Shown here piece after piece: positions 19,547 to 31,691 of a stretch of 64,000 bases of DNA (positions are counted from its first letter, which is position 1; every line of letters begins with the position of its first letter). The translations under genes and the position numbers were made by a program. The notes below the pieces were generated by a model that worked only from the letters and a program-made list of their open reading frames with translations, made no database searches and was not told the DNA's origin. The DNA is from Deltaproteobacteria bacterium (GTDB taxonomy: Bacteria > Myxococcota_A > Polyangia > Fen-1088): NCBI GenBank assembly GCA_033763315.1, contig JANRKS010000006.1:192001-256000 (forward strand), read 5' to 3'.

Positions 19547-20466
19547 AGCATTCCTTTCTTGCCAAGTGCGCTCGCGCGTCGTCCCTCGTGGCGATTGCAG
19601 GGGCGTGCCTTGGCTTGACCGCGGGCCACGCGATGGCCAGCGGCTACAACGGGCATTACAAGCCCGCGCCCATCATTGGAGGCGGTGAGGGCAACGTTAA
19701 GTCGCAAGACATCGAACCGGTGGAGAACCTCGGTCAGTCGGTGCCTGCAAACCTGGCTTTCGTTGACGGGCACGGCAAATCTGTGGCGCTGTCGAACGTT
19801 TTAGGGCAGGGCAAACCCGTTCTTGTGACCATCGGCTATTACACGTGCCCGATGTTGTGCAACCTCGTGCACGAGGGCCTTGCGAAGAGCTTGAAGAAGG
19901 CTGGCCTGGTTTTGGGCCGCGACTTTCTGGGCTTCTCGGTCAGCGTTGACCCGAAGGAAGATGCGAAGTCCGCCAACACCAATCAAGGGCGCCTCTTGCG
20001 CAGCATTGGCGTTGAACAGCCTGCGTTGTGGCCCTTTCTGATGGTGCCAGCGGGTGCAGGCAGCGCGGATGGCCAAACCGGCCCAGCGAAGGAATTGTCC
20101 GAGAGCTTGGGCTTTCGGTATGTGTACGACAAAGAATCAAAACAGTTCGCGCATGCGGCCGTGGCGTTTGTGCTCACGCCGGAAGGGAAGATCTCTCGTT
20201 ACCTCTATGGCGTTGATTTTGATCCACGGGATCTGAAGTTTGCGTTGGTTGAGGCTGGCGGGGGCCGGGTGGGAACGACGCTGGACCGAGTGCTGCTTTC
20301 CTGTTTCAAGTACGACCCCATGACCCACAAATACACGCCCTTTGCTTTCGGATTCGTCCGGATTGGCGCCTTCTTGAGCTTCGTCGCGTTGGCGAGCTTG
20401 TTGGCCCTTCTGTGGCGAAAAGAGCTCCAAATTCGCCAGCTGAATAAGGCGCGGAGGACCGCATGA
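19543..20466 (+). CDS. SCO family CuA-assembly protein
   Basis: YYTCPMLC (CxxxC), FAHAA His ligand, C-terminal TM. Confidence 0.9.
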   Translation: MKHSFLAKCARASSLVAIAGACLGLTAGHAMASGYNGHYKPAPIIGGGEGNVKSQDIEPVENLGQSVPANLAFVDGHGKSVALSNVLGQGKPVLVTIGYYTCPMLCNLVHEGLAKSLKKAGLVLGRDFLGFSVSVDPKEDAKSANTNQGRLLRSIGVEQPALWPFLMVPAGAGSADGQTGPAKELSESLGFRYVYDKESKQFAHAAVAFVLTPEGKISRYLYGVDFDPRDLKFALVEAGGGRVGTTLDRVLLSCFKYDPMTHKYTPFAFGFVRIGAFLSFVALASLLALLWRKELQIRQLNKARRTA

Positions 20467-21510
20467 TCATCGATTTCTTCAATGACCTGTTCCGGCGGTT
20501 TCTGTGGCTGCCCGAGCAAGCGTCGACCTTCGCGGTTCGCGTGGATCGACTGCACTACTTTGTCGCCTTCGTAACGATCGTTGCTGCCCTTGGTTGCGGC
20601 TTTGCTGCGGTCTACTTCATGTTCAAGTACCGGGAGCGCAAGGCCTTCGCTTCAACGCCCTTGGTGAACCCGAGCGGACGCTTCGAGGCAATTGTGGTCA
20701 CGGTGCCTCTCATCATCTTTATGTCGTGGGTCTTCGTGGGCTACCGCGACTTCATCTGGGCGTCGACGGCTCCCGCCGGCACGATGGACGTGTATGTCAC
20801 CGGAAAAAAGTGGATGTGGCACTTTGCGCATCCCGATGGCCCCAACGAAAATGCCGTGCTTCACGTTCCCGCCGGGCGCCCCGTGCGCTTGCTGATGACC
20901 AGCCGTGACGTGATTCACTCGTTCTTCGTGCCCGAGTTCCGCATCAAACAAGACGTGGTGCCCGGTCGATATAGTGAGACCTGGTTCGAGGCGAAGAAGC
21001 CGGGACGCTACACCATCTTTTGCACCGAATTCTGCGGCACGTGGCATTCGCAAATGATTGGTGAAGTGGTGGTTCTGGCGGCTCCTGAATTCGATCGCTG
21101 GAAGGAACGCCTGCGCATCGGAAATCTGCCTGACAAGCAGGATGCGAGCAGCACGGAAGGTTCGGCCACTGAGTTTAAGAACGATCTGTTGTCATACGGC
21201 CGTCGCGTGGCTTCTGTCCAAGGGTGTTTCAAGTGTCACACCACGGACGGTACGCAACACATCGGCCCCACCTGGACCGACCTCTATATGAGGAAGACCC
21301 AGTTGGAATCGGGAGACACCATTGTGGCTGATGAGGGATACCTCACCGAATCAATGATGGAGCCCTACCGAAAGATGGTTAAGGGTTACGCGCAGGTGAT
21401 GCCTTCCTACCGCGGGAAGATGTCGGCACCGGAAGCTGCGGCCCTGGTTGAATTTATCAAGTCTCTCCGGACCGATCGCCTGGAGAACCTGAAGTCTAAG
21501 GACCCTGCAT

Positions 21511-21530
<20 letters not shown>
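20463..21530 (+). CDS. coxB: Cytochrome c oxidase subunit II with fused cytochrome c (caa3 type)
   Basis: DVIHSF; CuA motif CTEFCGTWHSQM; C-terminal CFKCH...MP. Confidence 0.95.
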
Positions 21531-23161
<1,631 letters not shown>

Positions 23162-23175
<14 letters not shown>

Positions 23176-23818
23176 AGCGGCCCACTCTGCCCACAATCCC
23201 TATCTTGCGCACCACTTTGATACGATGGAGCAGCAGGACCACGCTGCTCGCCTCGGCATGTGGTTGTTCCTGGCAACGGAAGTGCTGTTGTTCGGAGCCT
23301 TGTTCCTGGGCTACACGGTTTACCGGTGGATGTACCCACAGACCTACCAGGAATGCGCAAACCTCTTGAGCATTCCTATGGGTGCCACCAACACGGTGGT
23401 CCTCATCACCAGTAGCTTCACGGCGGCCTGGGCGTATCACTCGATCAAGGTGAACCAGATCAAGAAGGGCTTGGCCCTCTTGGCGATCACGATCCTGTTT
23501 GCCTGCGCGTTTCTTGTGATCAAGTACTTCGAGTACAAGCACAAGTTCGACGTGGGCGAGCTTCCTGGCAAGTGGTACTCGTACGAAGGGTTGCAGGCGC
23601 CAGGTGCGAACCTGTTCTTCGCCGTGTACTTCTTGGCCACCGGTCTACACGGTCTGCACGTTGTCATCGGTATGACCGTGTTGAGCATCATCGGCTACCG
23701 CACCATCAAAGGCCGTTACCACAGCGGTAACTACGTGGGCGTTGAGCTCGGCGTGCTTTACTGGCACTTGGTCGACTTGGTTTGGATTTTCCTTTTCCCG
23801 CTGCTTTATTTGATCTGA
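23162..23818 (+). CDS. coxC: Cytochrome c oxidase subunit III
   Basis: GMWLFLATEVLLFG, NTVVLITSS, TGLHGLHV, YWHLVDLVWIFLF. Confidence 0.95.
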
Positions 23819-23825
23819 AGGCGGA

Positions 23826-24206
23826 GTGACGAACTTGTCCACGAAAGCTCAAGAATCTCATCACGAAGACCACGGCATCGGCCGGTACGTAGCCGTCTTC
23901 GCTGTTCTGCTGGTGCTCACAGGCGTGACCGTGTGGACCGGCGAAATGAACTTTGGCAACTGGAACATCATCATCGCGATGGCCATTGCCATTGTGAAGG
24001 CCTCACTGGTGGTGTTGTTCTTTATGCACCTGTGGGATGAAGGTCCCGTCAATCGTTTGATCTTCGTCGTTTCGGTCATCTTCGTGGGCGTGCTCATCTT
24101 GTTCACCTTTGGTGACTTGATGTTCCGCATCCCCGGTTTGTTGCCGAACTTCATCCAGGCCGACGACGTGCCCAAGGTGATGCACGCACCGCACGGCGGC
24201 CACTAG
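23826..24206 (+). CDS. coxD: Cytochrome c oxidase subunit IV (caa3 type)
   Basis: Three TMs; IAIVKASLVVLFFMHL. Confidence 0.88.
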   Translation: MTNLSTKAQESHHEDHGIGRYVAVFAVLLVLTGVTVWTGEMNFGNWNIIIAMAIAIVKASLVVLFFMHLWDEGPVNRLIFVVSVIFVGVLILFTFGDLMFRIPGLLPNFIQADDVPKVMHAPHGGH

Positions 24207-24224
24207 AGGCTGCTTGCACTGCAC

Positions 24225-24258
24225 AAAGGGCTCCAGGAATGGGGCCTTTTTGCTTTTT
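24225..24258 (+). terminator. Rho-independent terminator of the act-cox operon
   Basis: AAAGGGCTCCA-GGAA-TGGGGCCTTT hairpin followed by TTGCTTTTT. Confidence 0.75.
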
Positions 24259-24337
24259 GGACGCGACCCGCACAGGGCCCGTTCGGGCGTGTGAGTTTTC
24301 TGGGTCCCGCGGGCGTCTCATGGTTATGCTTGAGGCC

Positions 24338-25210
24338 ATGCGATTTGGACGGATTGCGACCGTGGGGTTGTTGGCATTGGGGCTGTGTACCGGAGCCGGG
24401 GTGACAGCTGCTCACGCCGATGACGCCGCCACCCATTACAACTTGGGCCTACAGCTCAAACGAGACGGCGACGTGCCGGGGGCCATCGCGGAGGTTCGCA
24501 AAGCCATTGCGGCGCGCCCCGACTACGCAGCGGCGCACTTTACGCTGGGCAACCTGATGCGGCAGGCAGGGCATTTGGAAGAAGCCGTGGCTTCTTACCG
24601 AAAGACGGTGGAGCTGGCCCCCAAAATGGTGGAGGCCCAAGGCAACTTGGGCACAACCCTGGTGCGGCTCGGGCAGGTGGATGAGGGCATCGCTGTGCTT
24701 GAGAAGGCGTCCGCCATCGACGACAAGGCCGCGTTTGAATCGCTGCTGAGCTTGGGCGCTGCCTACCGCCAAAAGGGGCAGTTCGATAAGGCGGTTGCGG
24801 CTTTAGAGCGGGCCGTGAAATTGAAGCCCACGGACGCACAGGCGTGGACGAATCTGGGCGTCGCCAAGGCCCGCACGGCTGACAAGGCGGGCGCCGTGAC
24901 GGCGTACAAGAAGGCGGTGGAGCTTGAACCCACCAACGGCGCGTTCTGGTTCAACCTGGGCACCGCTCACCGACGTATGCAGAAGACGGATGAAGCGATC
25001 GAGGCCTACGAAAAGGCCGTGAGCCTAGATCCGAACGTGGCTGGCGCTTATTACGATCTCGGTGTTCTTTACGCACAAGATCGTGAGACGCAAAAAGCCT
25101 TGGCGGCGTTCAAAAATTACCTGCGCGCTGGGGGCAAGGGGCTTGCCGCGAAGGACAAGCAGGACGCCCAAGAGCGCATCAGCGCGCTTGAGGCGTCCTT
25201 AAAGAAGTAG
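24338..25210 (+). CDS. Exported TPR-repeat protein
   Basis: Signal peptide ending AHA; about 7-8 TPRs (YNLG, FTLG, GNLG, TNLG, FNLG, YDLG). Confidence 0.85.
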   Translation: MRFGRIATVGLLALGLCTGAGVTAAHADDAATHYNLGLQLKRDGDVPGAIAEVRKAIAARPDYAAAHFTLGNLMRQAGHLEEAVASYRKTVELAPKMVEAQGNLGTTLVRLGQVDEGIAVLEKASAIDDKAAFESLLSLGAAYRQKGQFDKAVAALERAVKLKPTDAQAWTNLGVAKARTADKAGAVTAYKKAVELEPTNGAFWFNLGTAHRRMQKTDEAIEAYEKAVSLDPNVAGAYYDLGVLYAQDRETQKALAAFKNYLRAGGKGLAAKDKQDAQERISALEASLKK

Positions 25211-25217
25211 CTAGCTG

Positions 25218-27134
25218 TTAGAACTGGATGCCGAAGAACGCCCGCAGCACCTGAGCGGTTGAGGCGTCCTGTTTGACAGGCCAAGGCTGCATAGTGTCGC
25301 TCGACGAGGGGCGATCGAGGCCCGCCATGGGGAACAACACAGCCCAGGTGAGGCCGGCATAGAAGCCATCGGCGGGATTCCGGTAGGTTAGCCCCAGGTT
25401 CGTCTCAAGGCCGAGGTTTCTGGAGTTCCCGGGCGTGCCCTGCGAGGAGGCCGCCATGCTGTAGATCACGGCGCCGTTGATGCCCAATTGCTTTTGTTCC
25501 GCCAGGTTGAGCCAATAAGCCAGTTGCGGCTTGAGGTAGATGGCGTTCGTCACCGTGCCCAAGATGCGACGGAATAGGATCTGATCCACGTGGTATTCGG
25601 GTGAAAAGCGAAAATCAGTGATTGAGCGATCGCCCGGTTGTTGTTGCACCGACCGCCACCGGTAATTCAGATACGTGTTCGGGTTCTCCATGTTGCCCCC
25701 GATTTGTGGCTCAGCCTTGTCACCTGTGGCTCCACCGGTCTCAAGACCCAAAAACAAGGCGTTCTTGAACAGGCTGAGATCGCTGGCAAACACCCAGCCC
25801 AACTGCCGCAAGTTGAGTTTCTTGTTCAACGAATCAGCCGTCAAAGACCCCGCGTCTTCGATCCGACCTAACACCGCGTTGCTCTCGAATTCAAGCGTCA
25901 GCGCCTTCCAACCCAGCTTGAACCAGACGCTGGGGATGATCGCCATCGCGCCCACGTGAACGAAGTTGGTGCTGGTGCCGTTGGCCAACTGTGTGGGCGT
26001 GAACGCGCCGTCAGCCAGGGGCACGCTGGGGGTGCCGCCAGCGGGGTTTCGCGACGCCTTGTCGGTGCTGCGGTAAACGGCTTGCACGCCATAGTTCAGC
26101 GCCACTTCACCGCGGCCCGCTTCGGAGCGGAATTGCTCGTCGGTTTGCAATTTTGTGATCGAGGCCATCAACTGCAGCGTGTCGTCGCGCTGTGAAAGAT
26201 CGAGTGGGATGTTGCCGCGGTCGATGGTGCCCAAGTTCGTAGCGTTGGCGGTTAACCCTTGTGAGCCGTAATCCCAGGACACGGAGACGTCGTGGCCCCA
26301 CAACTTTGACATCACCATCAATCGATCAACGTTGGTGCCGCCGTCACAGTCGAGGCAGCGGCCGGCATTGAACATCATGCCGCGGCCAAAGTGCCAGGGC
26401 ATGCGGCCGAACTTCAGCGTGCCGAACTCGGTGTCAACTTCACCCCAGGCGCGTTTTGCGCGGACGCTTGAAACATAGCCGTTTTGGCCGATTTCGGGCG
26501 GATCTTGGCTGTTTGATAACACCGCATCTGGCGAGATGCCGTTGCGTGCTTCCAGGCGATCGGTGCGCACCAACGAATCCGGCGTGGAGCCCGCGATCGT
26601 GTTGTCCAACACGTCGATCTGCGCCAACACCCGCACTTGATCTGAAACGTTGATGGTTGGCTCAAGCCGCAAACGCATGTTCGCGGAGCCTAGATTCTTC
26701 TGCCCGCAATCCGCCCCTTTGCCACAGTCGAGGGGGCGGGGGAAGGGCGGGGTGGCAACGATCTGATTGCCCTGCTCCATGTAGCCCTGGCCCAGGTGCA
26801 GCTTGCGGAACCAATCCGCGCGCATGCGGTAATAGCCATCCAGTTCAAGCACCTGCGTGCGGCGGCGAGCGGCTTCCGACAGCGGCGCCAATGGCGCGTT
26901 CTCGTCGTCGTCTTTGTCTTTGTCGGGTGCCGCCTCGGCCGGGCCCTCTTCTTTGTCGTCGCCACCAGCGCCTTGTGGGGGGCGCATGCCACCACCCGGA
27001 GACATGCCAGGCATCATGCCGCCACCTGCGGGGCCACCGTATTGGGCGAAAGCAGGCGCTACGCCCAGCAGGCCACAAATGGCAAGCGAGGCAACAAACA
27101 CGCCCAGTTTACGGGCAGGCATCACAGACTTCAC
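25218..27134 (-). CDS. Outer-membrane beta-barrel protein, TIGR04551-like
   Basis: Signal peptide; ELDGYYRMR, ANMRLRLEP, QIDVLDN..GSTP, KRAWGE, FGRMPWHFG; terminal F; AAGGAG upstream of GTG 27134, which overlaps the mce stop. Confidence 0.72.
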   Translation of the reverse strand: MKSVMPARKLGVFVASLAICGLLGVAPAFAQYGGPAGGGMMPGMSPGGGMRPPQGAGGDDKEEGPAEAAPDKDKDDDENAPLAPLSEAARRRTQVLELDGYYRMRADWFRKLHLGQGYMEQGNQIVATPPFPRPLDCGKGADCGQKNLGSANMRLRLEPTINVSDQVRVLAQIDVLDNTIAGSTPDSLVRTDRLEARNGISPDAVLSNSQDPPEIGQNGYVSSVRAKRAWGEVDTEFGTLKFGRMPWHFGRGMMFNAGRCLDCDGGTNVDRLMVMSKLWGHDVSVSWDYGSQGLTANATNLGTIDRGNIPLDLSQRDDTLQLMASITKLQTDEQFRSEAGRGEVALNYGVQAVYRSTDKASRNPAGGTPSVPLADGAFTPTQLANGTSTNFVHVGAMAIIPSVWFKLGWKALTLEFESNAVLGRIEDAGSLTADSLNKKLNLRQLGWVFASDLSLFKNALFLGLETGGATGDKAEPQIGGNMENPNTYLNYRWRSVQQQPGDRSITDFRFSPEYHVDQILFRRILGTVTNAIYLKPQLAYWLNLAEQKQLGINGAVIYSMAASSQGTPGNSRNLGLETNLGLTYRNPADGFYAGLTWAVLFPMAGLDRPSSSDTMQPWPVKQDASTAQVLRAFFGIQF

Positions 27135-27556
27135 GATGAGGGATCTCCTTCTAAACACTGGCAAAGCTCGAACAACACCCCGCCGGTGGCGCGGGGATGA
27201 ATGAAAGCCACAAGGTGCCCGTGGGCACCCACGCGAGGGGTTTCGTCGACGAGGGCAACGCCCGCGGCTTTGAGGCTGGTTAATGTGCTGGCCAAGTCTT
27301 CCACTTCAAGGCTGATGTGGTGCATGGCGGTGCCGCGGCGATCAAGAAACCGCCCGAGCGCTTCATTGCCGGCGGGCGCGATGAGCTCCACAGCGGTTTC
27401 ACCTTCAGCGGTTTGCAAGAAGCACGTGTTGGTTTTTTGGTTGGCCACAAGCTCGTCTTGGCTGCTGTTAAGGCCCAAAATGGACAAAACGCTGCGCCCT
27501 TCGTCCAGCGTCGGGACGGCAATAGAGACGTGGTTGATCCGTTTAACCTTCACCAT
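27131..27556 (-). CDS. mce: Methylmalonyl-CoA epimerase (VOC family)
   Basis: INHVSIAV, VELIAP, MHHISLEV, PRVGAHG..VAFIHP...GVLFEL. Confidence 0.85.
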   Translation of the reverse strand: MVKVKRINHVSIAVPTLDEGRSVLSILGLNSSQDELVANQKTNTCFLQTAEGETAVELIAPAGNEALGRFLDRRGTAMHHISLEVEDLASTLTSLKAAGVALVDETPRVGAHGHLVAFIHPRATGGVLFELCQCLEGDPSS

Positions 27557-27635
27557 AACCGGGTGGCCGGGTTGTGGGGCCGGACCTTAGCACGGCAACC
27601 CCGCGCGCGGCGCAGGATGACATATGATGATGACC

Positions 27636-28733
27636 GTGACCACGCTAGGAATTCGTCGCTCTTGCGGGCAGCTCTTCTCTCTGGGATTTGAAGGCACGGC
27701 GGCACCCGCTGCCTTGTTGGCGCGCATACGCGCGGGCGAGGTGGGCGCGGTGATGTTATTCCGGCCCAACGTCGAAACTCCCGCGCAAGTGGCGGGCCTG
27801 GTGGGCCGGCTGCGTGAGGCCGCGCACGCCGATGCGCCGCTCGTGGTTTCTGTGGATCAAGAAGGGGGCCGCGTGCAGCGCTTGCGAAGCCCACTCACCG
27901 AATGGCCACCCATGGGAATCGTGGGCTTAGAGCCCGATCTGCAGCGGATCGAGACCGCAGGCGCGTTCCTGGGCGCTGAGCTTGCGGCGCTGGGCATCGG
28001 TTGGAACCTTGCGCCTGTTTTGGATGTACACACGAACCCAGCGAACCCCGTCATTGGCGATCGCGCCTTCGCCACCACAGCCGAAGGTGTGGCGCGCGCC
28101 GCGATCGCGTTTTGGAAGGGGCTTCGCAAAGCGGGCGTGGCAGGGTGCGGAAAACATTTTCCCGGCCATGGCGACACGCACCTTGATTCGCACCACGATT
28201 TACCAATCGTCGAACACGATGAGGCGCGTTTGCGTGCGGTGGAACTGGCGCCCTTCGTGGCAGCCGTGGCGGCCGGTTTTCCCGCGTTGATGACAGCGCA
28301 CGTCGTTTATCCCGCCTGGGACAAAGATGTTCCCGCAACGCTCTCGAAGCGGATCGCCACGGACCTGCTTCGTCACGAGCTTGGCTTCAAAGGCCTTTTG
28401 GTCTCAGATGATCTGCAAATGAAGGCTGTGGCCGATCGCTACAGCACGCGCGATTTGATTATCGAATCGTTGCTGGCGGGCGTGGATCACTTTCTGATAC
28501 GCGGTCCCGAGGATCGGCAGCGTGAAGCATACGAGGCGTTGGTGACCGCGGCCGAAGGCAACGCCGCCGTGGCCGCACGTGTGAACGAAGCGGCCGCGCG
28601 TGTGGCGGCTTTCAAGCAAACGATTCAGGTGGGCCTGCCCTTGCCCGGAGCCATGTTGCCTTCGGTGTTAGGCACACCCGCCCACAAGGCGCTGGCGGGG
28701 CATTTCCGCAAGTTGGCGGACGCGCCGTCCTAG
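27636..28733 (+). CDS. nagZ: Beta-N-acetylhexosaminidase (GH3)
   Basis: VDQEGGRVQR, APVLD, KHFPGHG..DSH, MTAH, SDDLQM. Confidence 0.93.
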   Translation: MTTLGIRRSCGQLFSLGFEGTAAPAALLARIRAGEVGAVMLFRPNVETPAQVAGLVGRLREAAHADAPLVVSVDQEGGRVQRLRSPLTEWPPMGIVGLEPDLQRIETAGAFLGAELAALGIGWNLAPVLDVHTNPANPVIGDRAFATTAEGVARAAIAFWKGLRKAGVAGCGKHFPGHGDTHLDSHHDLPIVEHDEARLRAVELAPFVAAVAAGFPALMTAHVVYPAWDKDVPATLSKRIATDLLRHELGFKGLLVSDDLQMKAVADRYSTRDLIIESLLAGVDHFLIRGPEDRQREAYEALVTAAEGNAAVAARVNEAAARVAAFKQTIQVGLPLPGAMLPSVLGTPAHKALAGHFRKLADAPS

Positions 28734-29764
28734 GTCACGGTCCACGAGCCGGCGTCAAGCAGCTGCTGCAGCGTCTTCTTGTTGCCCTTGGTGGCGGCAT
28801 CAACCTGTTCGTTCATCATGCGGTCATAGCTTGGGCGCTCGGCCGAGCGGAACACGCCGATGGGCACAGGAAATTCCGGGTGTCGCAGGCGGCTCACGAT
28901 GAGCGACAACACTTCGTTCGTTTCGTCGTGCACCAACAACTTATCTTCGCCATACGTGGCCACGTCCACGATCTGCGGCCGCATCGACGCATCAAGCGCG
29001 ACGCCTTTTTCGCCGTTGGCGCCAAAGCGCAGCGGTTTGCCGTGCTCCATCGCCAAGACGTGATCGTCTTTGGTGCTCTTGTCGGTCATGTAATCGAAGG
29101 CGGCATCGTTGAAGATCGGGCAGTTTTGATAGATCTCCACGAAGGCCGTGCCTTGGTGTTGTGAGGCGCGCTTGAGCGTCTCCGCGATGTGCTTAACGTT
29201 CACGTCCACCGTGCGCGCCACGAACGTTGCGCCCGCACCTAGGGCCACGCTGACGGGATCCAAGGGGTAATCCACCGAGCCGAGCGGCGTGGACTTGGCC
29301 TTTTTGCCCAGCGGCGACGTAGGGCTGTATTGGCCTTTCGTCAAACCGTAGATCTGGTTGTTGAACATCAAGATCTTCACGTCAACGTTGCGGCGAAGCA
29401 CGTGCAGCAAGTGGTTGCCGCCGATCGAAAGGCCATCGCCATCGCCCGTGACCATCCACACGGTGAGATCGGGGCGCACCGCTTTGATGCCCGTGGCCAC
29501 CGCCGGCGCGCGGCCGTGAATGCTGTGAATGCCGTACGTGTTCATGTAGTAAGGAAAGCGACTGGAGCAGCCGATGCCGCTGACAAACACGATGTTCTCG
29601 CGCGAGATGCCAAGCGACGGCATCAGCTTTTGCACCTGCGCCAAGATGGCGTAATCGCCGCAGCCTGGGCACCAACGGACGTCTTGGTCCGACGTGAACT
29701 CTTGCTTCGTTTGCCCCGTGGGATCGGTGTGAACGACGTTTGGGTATACCGTTTGGGTGGGCAT
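28730..29764 (-). CDS. korB: 2-oxoacid:ferredoxin oxidoreductase beta subunit
   Basis: WCPGCGD, SGIGCSSR, HGRA, GDGDG...NN (TPP), YGLTKGQ.SPT; substrate specificity not determinable. Confidence 0.9.
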   Translation of the reverse strand: MPTQTVYPNVVHTDPTGQTKQEFTSDQDVRWCPGCGDYAILAQVQKLMPSLGISRENIVFVSGIGCSSRFPYYMNTYGIHSIHGRAPAVATGIKAVRPDLTVWMVTGDGDGLSIGGNHLLHVLRRNVDVKILMFNNQIYGLTKGQYSPTSPLGKKAKSTPLGSVDYPLDPVSVALGAGATFVARTVDVNVKHIAETLKRASQHQGTAFVEIYQNCPIFNDAAFDYMTDKSTKDDHVLAMEHGKPLRFGANGEKGVALDASMRPQIVDVATYGEDKLLVHDETNEVLSLIVSRLRHPEFPVPIGVFRSAERPSYDRMMNEQVDAATKGNKKTLQQLLDAGSWTVT

Positions 29765-31612
29765 TTAGTTGGCCTCGAGCAGCGAAGTGATGGCCTTGGC
29801 GATCTCGGTTTCCCGAAACGGCGTGCCTTGGATCTTTGTGTGACTGTGAATGGGTTGGCCGGGGTAACGGTTGCGCAGCAGCACAGACAGCTGCCCCAGG
29901 TTCATTTCAGGCACCATCACGCGCTTGAAACGCTTCATGATGTCTTCCAGATCGTTGGGCAGTGGGTTGAGGTGTTGTAACTGAACGTGGCCCACCTTGT
30001 GACCGCGCAGTTGCACACGGTGAATGCCGCCAGCGATCGAGCCATAGGTTGAGCCCCAGCCCAGCACCAACAGATCGCCTTCCTGAGCGCCTTCCACCAG
30101 TGTGGGCGGCAGGCTGTTCGCCACGCGCGCCACTTTCTCAGCGCGCAGGCGGCACATCGCTTCGTGGTTGGGGCCGTCGTAGCTGATGTTGCCGGTGAGG
30201 TTTTCTTTTTCGATGCCGCCCACGCGGTGTTCAAGGCCGGGCGTGCCGGGTATCGCCCACGGGCGCGCCAAATTGTCGTCGCGCAGGTAAGGCTTAAAGC
30301 CTTCCGTTTCGGTGCGGAACTTCACCGGGATCGGCGGCAGCTTGCTCACGTCTGGCACGGGCCATGGCTCAGCGCCGTTGGCCACATAACCATCGGTCAA
30401 CAAGATCACCGGCGTCATGTACGTAACCGCGATGCGCGCGGCTTCGATGGCCGCGTGAAAACAATCGCCAGGCGTGCGGGCGGAAAGCACAGGCAGGGGG
30501 CACTCGCCGTTGCGGCCAAACATGGCTTGCAACAGATCCGCTTGCTCCGTCTTCGTGGGCATGCCGGTCGAAGGGCCCGCGCGCTGCACGTTGATCACCA
30601 CCATGGGCAATTCAAGCATCACGGCCAGGCCGATGGCTTCGGCTTTGAGCGCCATGCCGGGCCCGCTCGTGGTCGTGGCGGCCAGCGCGCCAGAATAGGC
30701 GGCGCCCACGCACGCGCACACGGCGGCGATTTCATCTTCGGCCTGCAAGGTGCGTACGCCCATGTGCTTCATGTTCGAAAGCATGTGAAGCACATCGGAG
30801 GCGGGCGTGATTGGGTACGATCCCAAGAACAGGTTGAGGCCTGTCAACTCAGAGGCCGCCATCAGGCCCAAGGCCAACCCTTCGTTGCCCGAAATGTTGC
30901 GGTATTTGCCGGGCGCGATCTCCGCTTTGCGAACTTCGTAAGCGTGGTCGAACATCTCGGTGGTTTCGCCGTAGTTGAAGCCGGCCTTGAGCGCGGCGAG
31001 GTTGGCCTCGCTTAAGGTTTTGTCGCTGAACTTACGTTGGATCCACGAGATCGTGGCGTCCATGTTGCGGCTGAACAGCCAGTAGACGATGCCCAACGCG
31101 TAGAAGTTTCGGCAGCGGGTGGCGGCGCGGTGATCAAGTTTGAACTCGCGCACGGCGGCCAACGTTTGGCCCGTGATGTCCACCTTGAACAAGCGATAAG
31201 CGCCGACGATGTTGCTATCGAGCGGGTTCTCTTTATAGCCCGCGCGTTCCAAATTCTTGGCGTTGAAGGCCTCGCTGTTGACCAGCAAGATGCCGCCTTC
31301 TTTGAGATCTTTCAGATTGCGTTTGAGCGCCGCCGGGTTCATCGCCACCAACACGTCAAGCACGTCGCCGGAGGTAAATACGGCGTTGCTTGAGAAGTTG
31401 ATTTGGTAGCCCGATACACCCGCGAGGCTTCCGGCCGGCGCGCGAATCTCGGCGGGGAAGTCTGGCAACGTCGATAAATCGTTGCCCGCAAGTGCGGTGG
31501 TGGACGTAAATTGTGTTCCCACAAGCTGCATGCCGTCGCCCGAGTCTCCGGCGAACCGGATGGCAACAGAATCTACCTGCTCGTGGGGTTTGCCTGCGGC
31601 GGAAGTACCCAT
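29765..31612 (-). CDS. korA: 2-oxoacid:ferredoxin oxidoreductase alpha subunit (gamma-alpha fusion)
   Basis: FAGDSGDGMQ, PAEIR, YPITPAS, QAEDE, TSGPG, QRAGPSTGMPT. Confidence 0.92.
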   Translation of the reverse strand: MGTSAAGKPHEQVDSVAIRFAGDSGDGMQLVGTQFTSTTALAGNDLSTLPDFPAEIRAPAGSLAGVSGYQINFSSNAVFTSGDVLDVLVAMNPAALKRNLKDLKEGGILLVNSEAFNAKNLERAGYKENPLDSNIVGAYRLFKVDITGQTLAAVREFKLDHRAATRCRNFYALGIVYWLFSRNMDATISWIQRKFSDKTLSEANLAALKAGFNYGETTEMFDHAYEVRKAEIAPGKYRNISGNEGLALGLMAASELTGLNLFLGSYPITPASDVLHMLSNMKHMGVRTLQAEDEIAAVCACVGAAYSGALAATTTSGPGMALKAEAIGLAVMLELPMVVINVQRAGPSTGMPTKTEQADLLQAMFGRNGECPLPVLSARTPGDCFHAAIEAARIAVTYMTPVILLTDGYVANGAEPWPVPDVSKLPPIPVKFRTETEGFKPYLRDDNLARPWAIPGTPGLEHRVGGIEKENLTGNISYDGPNHEAMCRLRAEKVARVANSLPPTLVEGAQEGDLLVLGWGSTYGSIAGGIHRVQLRGHKVGHVQLQHLNPLPNDLEDIMKRFKRVMVPEMNLGQLSVLLRNRYPGQPIHSHTKIQGTPFRETEIAKAITSLLEAN

Positions 31613-31691
31613 GGTCGCGGTGGTGAGGAAGCGCGTTCTTAGCGCAACCATGTGTGCACTGCAAGAACACGCAACCGCGGAACCCTTGTGT

